This document shows, one piece after another, positions 39,772-45,821 of a stretch of DNA of 45,821 bases. A program made the translations under genes and the position numbers. Source of the DNA: a virus. Taxonomy: Duplodnaviria; Heunggongvirae; Uroviricota; Caudoviricetes. The notes beneath the pieces were generated by a model that was not told where the DNA came from, searched no databases, and was given only the letters and a program-made list of their open reading frames with translations. Where the stretch lies: the IMG/VR virus record IMGVR_UViG_2695420343_000003; one strand, given 5' to 3'. Position 1 is the stretch's first letter; the number at the start of each line of letters is the position of its first letter.

Positions 39772-40970
39772 TGGCTCTGAACCTTGATTCTCTCGGTTTA
39801 TCTGCAAAGGTAACCGCGGAGGGGATCAGTGCGCCTGATTATCAGACGATACTCAGCACCCTGATTAGCTATTTTCAGCAGATTTATGGCAGTGATGCCT
39901 ACCTCGAACCGGACAGCAAAGACGGTCAGATGATGGCTCTGATGGCGCTGGCGATTCATGATGCCAATAATACGGCGATAACTGTCTACAACTGTTTTTC
40001 ACCGGCAACCGGCTATGGGGCTGCACTGACCAGTAACGTGAAAATAAATGGTATTTCACGTAAAGGCGCGACGAACTCTACGGTTGATTTGCTTCTTACA
40101 GGAACTGCAGGAACAACCATCATTAATGGCAGCGTGAAAGACAGTAATAATGTGATATGGCGTTTGCCTGCTTCAGTGGTGGTCGGCGTGGATGGTACAG
40201 TGATGGCGACCGCAACATGTTCTGTCAGTGGTGCAGTGGCGGCGCTGGCTGGAACTATCACTGAAATTAATACGCCAACCCGTGGCTGGGTTTCGGTAAC
40301 CAATCCTGCTGCAGCTACTGTGGGCACTCCGGCAGAAACTGATGCGGAGTTACGTATCCGCCAGTCGCAAAGTGTTGCGTTGCCATCAATAACCCCATTT
40401 GAAGCACTGGATGGTGCTGTTTCTAATGTTACAGGTGTAACCCGCCACAAACTCTATGAAAACGATACTGGTTCGGAGGACGGTAACGGGTTACCGCCAC
40501 ACTCTGTTGCTGTGATTGTGGATGGCGGTGATGTGACGGATATTGCTCAGGCTATCAGAGGGAATAAAGGTCAGGGGACAGCCACTCACGGTACAACATC
40601 CGTTACGGTTCCGGATAAATACGGCAATCCCCATGTAATCAAGTTCTCGCGTTCCAGTGATGTACCTGTTTATGCCCGGATCAAATTAAAAGTTTTTACG
40701 GGTTATACCTCACAGATAGGGCAGCAGATCCAGCAGGCTATTTCCGACTATATCAATAGTCTGATGATTGGTGATTCGGTCCTTTTAAATCGCATTTACT
40801 CACCGGCGAATCTTGGCGTGGTGAGTGGCGGGAATGCACGCTATTACGATATTCAGGAACTGACGATTGGGAAATCCCCGGGGGCTTTGTCGTCATCAAA
40901 CATTGATATCAGATACAACGAACATGCGTCCTGTACCCCGGAAAATATCGTTATAACGGTGGAGTCATGA
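39771..40970 (+). CDS. Baseplate J-like protein
   Basis: 399 aa in canonical V-W-J-I-fibre order. Confidence 0.65.
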   Translation: MALNLDSLGLSAKVTAEGISAPDYQTILSTLISYFQQIYGSDAYLEPDSKDGQMMALMALAIHDANNTAITVYNCFSPATGYGAALTSNVKINGISRKGATNSTVDLLLTGTAGTTIINGSVKDSNNVIWRLPASVVVGVDGTVMATATCSVSGAVAALAGTITEINTPTRGWVSVTNPAAATVGTPAETDAELRIRQSQSVALPSITPFEALDGAVSNVTGVTRHKLYENDTGSEDGNGLPPHSVAVIVDGGDVTDIAQAIRGNKGQGTATHGTTSVTVPDKYGNPHVIKFSRSSDVPVYARIKLKVFTGYTSQIGQQIQQAISDYINSLMIGDSVLLNRIYSPANLGVVSGGNARYYDIQELTIGKSPGALSSSNIDIRYNEHASCTPENIVITVES

Positions 40971-41647
40971 GCAAATACACCGAACTAATCACGAACAACC
41001 ACGCCACCAAACCTAAATTTCTTGCACATGTTGATCTGATGACCCGGCCGCTTATTGATGTTGCGGCTGCCACCAGAGGGCTGATTACTGCATTTGATAT
41101 TGACTCTGCGGTTGGTGTGCAACTTGACATTCTTGGATTGTGGATCGGACGTAGCCGTGTTGTCAGCCAGCCTATCTCAGGTGTCTATTTCAGCTGGGAT
41201 ACCGACGGGCTTGGATATGATCAGGGGGTATGGCAGGGACCATACGATCCTGATTCAGGATACATGTATCTCAGCGATGAAACTTATCGTGTCATTCTTA
41301 AAGCGAAGATTGCGATTAATAACTGGGACGGACGGAATGATTCGCTTCCGGCAATTCTTGACGCGGCAACAGCAGGATCCGGGCTGCGAATGCAGATAGT
41401 CGATAACCAGGACATGACGATATCGGTCTGGGTCTTTCCTGATACTGATATTTCAGATGTATCGCGTGAGTTAATTGCGGCAATTAAACAGGGGTATCTC
41501 ACAGTAAAAGCCGCCGGGGTATGGGCGGGTGGCATTGAAACACCTTCGGTGGAAACCCCATCGGAAGGCTCAAAATTTTTTGGTTTTGATATGGATAACG
41601 AATTCATCAGTGGTTTTGATGTAGGAGCATGGGGAGTATTACTCTGA
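40967..41647 (+). CDS. Baseplate/tail protein (gpI-like)
   Basis: 226 aa; ATGA overlap with J-like gene. Confidence 0.5.
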   Translation: MSKYTELITNNHATKPKFLAHVDLMTRPLIDVAAATRGLITAFDIDSAVGVQLDILGLWIGRSRVVSQPISGVYFSWDTDGLGYDQGVWQGPYDPDSGYMYLSDETYRVILKAKIAINNWDGRNDSLPAILDAATAGSGLRMQIVDNQDMTISVWVFPDTDISDVSRELIAAIKQGYLTVKAAGVWAGGIETPSVETPSEGSKFFGFDMDNEFISGFDVGAWGVLL

Positions 41648-42501
41648 TGGCGAAAAATGACTTTAAAGCGTTTGCAACGGATCGAAATGCCAATGTTATA
41701 TCGCAGGAGGAATGGGAAGCGTTGCCCGCGCTTTTATCTGGATTTACAGCAGGGAAAGCCTCCAGTGCGCAAGTCAATAAGGTTATTCGGCAGGCCAGCT
41801 TTATTGCTGCAGCTCTGGCCCAGTTTGTAAGTGATAAAACGCAACGGGATGTGCTTGATAATGGTGATCTGCCCGGTTTTGTTGAATTGCTGGGATCGGG
41901 GTTTGCTGTTGAATACCTGAGCCGCAAGAATCCGTTTGGTGATATCAAATCGGATGGCACGGTGGAAACGGCTCTCGAAAACCTTGGTTTGGGGGAAGGC
42001 TCTGCATTGCCTGTTGGTGTACCGGTTCCGTGGCCCACCGCCACACCGCCAGCAGGCTGGTTAAAGTGCGACGGGCGCGCCTTTACAAAAGAACAATATC
42101 CTGTTCTGGCCAGAGTCTACCCGACCCTCCGTCTTCCCGATTTGCGCGGTGAGTTTATCCGTGGATGGGACGACGGGCGCAAAGTTGATACAGGACGTAA
42201 GTTGCTGTCCGCACAAGGGGCAACGCTGTTAAGAACAGCAATGCTGGATTATTATAACCAGGACACTACGGGAACCTCGGGGATAGTCGGCATGGGATTC
42301 AACAATGAAGATTCCATTACAGACCTTCGTGAGGGCAGCTTTAAAATGCCGGACGGGACAACATTCAGCGATCCTGTCATAGCAATGTCAGACAATGGTA
42401 TGCAGGCTACTATTCTGACCTCTATCAGAAGCGGGTATGCGAAGGGTATCACTGTCAGACCCCGTAGCATTGCACTTAATTACATTGTGAGGGCAGTTTA
42501 A
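41647..42501 (+). CDS. Tail fibre protein (constant N-terminus + variable C-terminus Sv)
   Basis: Tail-collar-like segment …[65 protein letters not shown]…; alternative start 41629. Confidence 0.75.
   Translation: MAKNDFKAFATDRNANVISQEEWEALPALLSGFTAGKASSAQVNKVIRQASFIAAALAQFVSDKTQRDVLDNGDLPGFVELLGSGFAVEYLSRKNPFGDIKSDGTVETALENLGLGEGSALPVGVPVPWPTATPPAGWLKCDGRAFTKEQYPVLARVYPTLRLPDLRGEFIRGWDDGRKVDTGRKLLSAQGATLLRTAMLDYYNQDTTGTSGIVGMGFNNEDSITDLREGSFKMPDGTTFSDPVIAMSDNGMQATILTSIRSGYAKGITVRPRSIALNYIVRAV
41973..41998. repeat. Invertase crossover-like site (left), gix/pix-like
   Basis: Reverse complement ttcccccaaaccaaggttttcgagag; inverted partner ttcccccaaaccaacgtttatgaaaa at 43575..43600; bounds ~210-bp inverted homology (41986..42195 vs 43381..43590). 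Confidence 0.55.
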
Positions 42502-43115
42502 TGAGTAACACTGCAGTTCTGGATGAAAACGGTATCGCCACTGTAGCGGGCGATATCACTGTATATCACTATGACGAGGAAACCCGGGAATACACCTCAT
42601 CCTCTGTGGAGTATCTCGCCCTTGGGGTGGGTACTCCGGCACATTCGTGCGCCGATGCACCGCCGGAGGCAATTTCGGGTTACGTGGTTTGCCGGACTGC
42701 CACGCTGAACGGGTGGGAGCATGTGCCTGATCACCGCGGCGAGACGGTATACAGCACGGAGAACGGTAACCCCGTTCTGATTACCCAACCGGGTGATTAC
42801 CCGGCGGACACCACCACAAAACAGCCTGCCACACCATGGGATACCTGGAACGGTGAAGCGTGGGTAACTGATACTGAACGGCATAGAGCCGCAGAGCTGG
42901 AGACTGCCAGACTGCAACGCCAGAAACGGGTGGATCAGGCGATGAAGTCCATCGACCTCATCAACCTCAAACTGCGGGCAGGTCGCAGTCTGAAACCAGA
43001 AGAAACGGCAAAACTGAACGCCGTGCTGGATTATATCGACGAGCTGAACGCACTGGATATCAGCAAGGCACCTGAAATCAGCTGGCCGGAAGCGCCACTG
43101 GCGCTTGCCGGCTGA
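42501..43115 (+). CDS. Tail fibre assembly protein (Tfa)
   Basis: 204 aa immediately after fibre gene (TAATG overlap); C-terminal region typical of Tfa chaperones. Confidence 0.7.
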   Translation: MSNTAVLDENGIATVAGDITVYHYDEETREYTSSSVEYLALGVGTPAHSCADAPPEAISGYVVCRTATLNGWEHVPDHRGETVYSTENGNPVLITQPGDYPADTTTKQPATPWDTWNGEAWVTDTERHRAAELETARLQRQKRVDQAMKSIDLINLKLRAGRSLKPEETAKLNAVLDYIDELNALDISKAPEISWPEAPLALAG

Positions 43116-43121
43116 ACGGTA

Positions 43122-43586
43122 TCACGCCGCCCTCACGATATAGTTAAATGCGATATTGCGGGGGCGAGCTGATACATAAGCCCACCAGTCATATCTTTGT
43201 GCACCTTTAGAGGATGCATCAAATATCCACTTTTTGCCATTTATGACCCCCAGTTGATTAGAGGTTAAAGCGTCACCAAATCCGTATTGTGTAGAGCCGA
43301 GCGAACTGATATCTCCGGTATCATTATCATCAAAACCGGATACGATAGTCCCTTCCTGAAATGAAAGTAGCGCACGCCCGGTATCAACTTTGCGCCCGTC
43401 GTCCCATCCACGGATAAACTCACCGCGCAAATCGGGAAGACGGAGGGTCGGGTAGACTCTGGCCAGAACAGGATATTGTTCTTTGGTGAACGTAGCTCCG
43501 TTGCACTGTAACCAGCCTGCTGGCGGTGTGGCGGTGGGCCATGGAACCGGTACACCAACAGGCAATGCAGAGCCTTCCCCCAAACC
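43122..43586 (-). other. Silent alternative tail-fibre C-terminal cassette (Sv') in inverted orientation
   Basis: Minus-strand ORF sharing [26 protein letters not shown]…[34 protein letters not shown] with the expressed fibre, then diverging; no in-frame constant N-terminus in this orientation. Confidence 0.6.
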
Positions 43587-43600
43587 AACGTTTATGAAAA
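43575..43600. repeat. Invertase crossover-like site (right), gix/pix-like
   Basis: ttcccccaaaccaacgtttatgaaaa; imperfect dyad with AAACC half-sites; 55 bp upstream of truncated invertase gene. Confidence 0.55.
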
Positions 43601-43654
43601 TGCAGAAATAACGAGCAAATGGCATCATTCCTGCTTTTGTCAGGGAGATCTACC

Positions 43655-43750
43655 ATGCTTATTGGCTATGTACGTGTGTCAACAAATGACCAGAACACAG
43701 ATCTACAACGTAATGCGCTGAACTGTGCAGGATGCGAGCTGATTTTTTGA
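43655..43750 (+). pseudogene. Truncated DNA invertase (Pin/Gin/Hin family serine recombinase), 31 codons
   Basis: MLIGYVRVSTNDQNTDLQRNALNCAGCELIF* matches recalled N-terminus of Pin/Gin including catalytic Ser in VRVSTNDQ; GGGAGA RBS; downstream sequence unrelated. Confidence 0.75.
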
Positions 43751-44040
43751 GGGTAAATCATCAGCATGAGACTAATAATTTAGCGTCCAATTCTGGTTTT
43801 TTTGGTTGCGCTCTCCCCGCCCAGAATTGTGCGTCAATTAGCCCAGAAAAACGCGAAGTTACAAATGTCGACCATTTTCGAACATGGTGTGAGGTGTCAC
43901 ATCTTGGTAGTACGTTGCAGTATTTCGTGGCGTATGGTGAGAAGATAAACCCGGTGAGTGAACATCGTATGACGTAGAAGAACATGTGCGACATGGGATA
44001 AAATAGCCCATTAATAATCCACAGATAAACGGAGGTAGTA

Positions 44041-44229
44041 ATGTGTGATGTAACGCATGATAACGGGTACAGCTTTGAGGAATGGCTGGAGGAACTGAAA
44101 GCATGTGCATCTGCGCAAGGAGACACCGTTAATGCGGACAATAATGACTGGTTTGGTGATGCTGAATGGTACGATGACTACAAGATGGAGGTGTGTGCTT
44201 GTGAGGCGTATCATCATAAGTTTGGATAG
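44041..44229 (+). CDS. Hypothetical small acidic Cys-containing protein (62 aa)
   Basis: Strong RBS GGAGG 5 nt upstream; D/E-rich (MCDVTHDNGYSFEEWLEELKACASAQGDTVNADNNDWFGDAEWYDDYKMEVCACEAYHHKFG). Confidence 0.45.
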   Translation: MCDVTHDNGYSFEEWLEELKACASAQGDTVNADNNDWFGDAEWYDDYKMEVCACEAYHHKFG

Positions 44230-44728
44230 TGCAGCATAATATTATACCCCGCGCTTGGTATGTTTAAGCGGGGGTATTGTCCTAACCCGAATAAATTATT
44301 GCTCAATTATGAGGGGAGGATTTGTAGCTTCCCCTTTCGTCTGAAATTGCCAGTTAGTTTGTCCAAAAAGTCACGAAGCAACACATACGAAATAATTTAA
44401 AGAGTTATTTGTCTAATGTTGAAAGCCGCAGCCACGTCGTATGCAAGAACGTGCCACGGCTGGCTGATGGACGTTCGATAGCGCGAGTTTGAATGAAAAT
44501 CAGCCGGAGGTGATTTTACATAATTGTTGCGGAATCATTCAATATAGGGATTGCTTATTTCTGCCTGGATTGGTCTGAAATAGTCCCGAAATTTTCTCTA
44601 AAAAACTCGAAAAAAATGGTAACTAATTGAATGCATTAATATGCAATGGTACGTGTTTGGGATTAAAAGATGAGCGTAATTTTGCTTAACAAATTAATTT
44701 AAAAAGGGTTTCTTGTTTGTTGACGAAA

Positions 44729-44748
44729 ACAGGAATCGTGTTCGGTCT
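44729..44748 (+). repeat. attR core (direct repeat with attL); displaced 3' fragment of sdsR
   Basis: acaggaatcgtgttcggtct + ctttttat; duplicate of the sdsR terminator region found at 577..596. Confidence 0.6.
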
Positions 44749-44888
44749 CTTTTTATCTGTTAAAAGCCAGAAGCATTCCCTTCGCTGACTTTATAGTCAA
44801 CCATAACACACACTCTACTGTCTGAGTCCAGCGTTTTTTAACATTCTTGTTAAGATTATGTGATCTTTAGCGCGGGAGGAAAATATTG

Positions 44889-45545
44889 ATGAAACAGCCT
44901 GCGCCCGTTTATCAGAGAATTGCGGGTCATCAATGGCGACATATCTGGCTTTCAGGCGATATACACGGTTGTCTTGAGCAGTTGCGCCGCAAATTATGGC
45001 ATTGTCGTTTTGATCCGTGGCGAGATTTACTTATCTCAGTGGGAGACGTTATCGATCGTGGGCCGCAAAGTTTACGTTGCCTGCAGTTACTGGAACAACA
45101 TTGGGTTCGTGCGGTAAGAGGCAATCATGAACAGATGGCGATGGATGCGCTGGCATCCCGGCAGATGTCTTTATGGTTGATAAATGGCGGCGACTGGTTT
45201 ATTGCGCTGGCAGATAATCAACAGAAACAAGCGAAAACGGCGCTGGAAAAATGTCAGCATTTGCCCTTTATTCTTGAATTACACAGTCGCACCGGCAAAC
45301 ATGTTATTGCTCATGCCGATTATCCAGATGATGTCTATGAATGGCAAAAGGACGTCGATTTGCATCAGGTCTTGTGGAGCCGCTCGCGATTAGGTGAACG
45401 CCAAAAAGGGCAGGGAATTGCAGGTGCTGATCATTTCTGGTTTGGTCATACACCTTTGCGCCATCGCGTGGATATTGGCAACCTGCATTATATTGATACC
45501 GGTGCTGTCTTTGGGGGAGAACTGACTCTTGTGCAATTGCAATAA
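44889..45545 (+). CDS. pphA: Serine/threonine protein phosphatase 1 (PrpA/PphA), host gene
   Basis: MKQPAPVYQRIAGHQWRHIWLSGDIHGCLEQLRRKL… with metallophosphatase motifs (GDIHG, GDVIDRG, GNHE); GGGAGG RBS. Confidence 0.9.
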   Translation: MKQPAPVYQRIAGHQWRHIWLSGDIHGCLEQLRRKLWHCRFDPWRDLLISVGDVIDRGPQSLRCLQLLEQHWVRAVRGNHEQMAMDALASRQMSLWLINGGDWFIALADNQQKQAKTALEKCQHLPFILELHSRTGKHVIAHADYPDDVYEWQKDVDLHQVLWSRSRLGERQKGQGIAGADHFWFGHTPLRHRVDIGNLHYIDTGAVFGGELTLVQLQ

Positions 45546-45737
45546 TTAAAAATCACCGTACTCCTGTGCAGGTCGCCAGAAACCATCTATAAAATCCTCA
45601 ATCGGAAAACAACCGCCATGGCGGATCCGTTGATCGCTCATAGAATAAAGACACTGCTGTTCCGTGTTGTAGATATCCACAACAATGTCTTCACAACCGC
45701 CATCCAGGTAGCAAACAAAAAGTACCAGCGCGAACAT
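45546..45737 (-). CDS. yebW: YebW-like small protein, host gene
   Basis: MFALVLFVCYLDGGCEDIVVDIYNTEQQCLYSMSDQRIRHGGCFPIEDFIDGFWRPAQEYGDF; track ORF extends to window edge at 45821, internal Met chosen from recollection of K-12 YebW. Confidence 0.55.
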   Translation of the reverse strand: MFALVLFVCYLDGGCEDIVVDIYNTEQQCLYSMSDQRIRHGGCFPIEDFIDGFWRPAQEYGDF

Positions 45738-45821
45738 TTCATCCCCGAAGTGTGGTGCCGTACCGTTAAGTTTAGGAGAGATTTTACAACGGGGGAATAA
45801 CCCGGACAAATAACCCGCCAT

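Noticed and set aside
43761-44141. 126-aa minus-strand ORF in the right arm
   Set aside because: No RBS, Ser/Cys/His-rich low-complexity translation, and overlaps the better-supported acidic small ORF on the plus strand.
1-45821. CRISPR arrays or other regularly spaced direct-repeat arrays
   Set aside because: None seen; the only repeat sets are the att cores, IS1 target duplication, initiator-gene palindromes and fibre inverted repeats, none with CRISPR periodicity.

Overview
This window is an Escherichia coli chromosomal segment carrying a complete ~44 kb mosaic prophage inserted into the 3' end of the sRNA gene sdsR (ryeB), between host genes yebY (1..342) and pphA (44889..45545). All protein identifications rest on my own reading of the translations, recognisable motifs and recalled family knowledge; no database search was run. 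The prophage runs from attL (~577..596, next to the integrase) to attR (~44729..44748). Its early left arm is Rac-like and on the minus strand: int, xis, ydaC-like, ralR/lar, a RecT-like annealase, recE, racC, ydaE, kilR. An IS1 copy with an 8-bp target duplication has split a small gene. The immunity/replication region has a divergent CI-like repressor and Cro-like gene, ydaT, an O-like initiator with internal palindromic repeats, and a DnaC-like loader. Next comes AT-rich cargo: a Dcm-like C5-cytosine methyltransferase with an OLD-family ATPase/Toprim nuclease, and a divergent hok/sok-type toxin locus. Then a nin-like region, a putative Q, a lambda-like lysis cassette (MKM dual-start holin, lambda R-like endolysin, Rz/Rz1), and a non-lambda structural module: terS, terL, portal, Mu F-like protein, capsid, and a contractile tail with a candidate -1 frameshift chaperone, tape measure, baseplate, tail fibre and Tfa. 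The right end holds a decayed tail-fibre inversion switch: ~210-bp inverted repeats, a silent alternative fibre C-terminus, and a pin/gin-like invertase truncated after 31 codons. The best candidate for an undescribed system is the OLD-nuclease plus C5-methyltransferase pair (13806..16699). Several morons also merit a look (21489..21950, 37360..38608, the Q-holin interval, 44041..44229).
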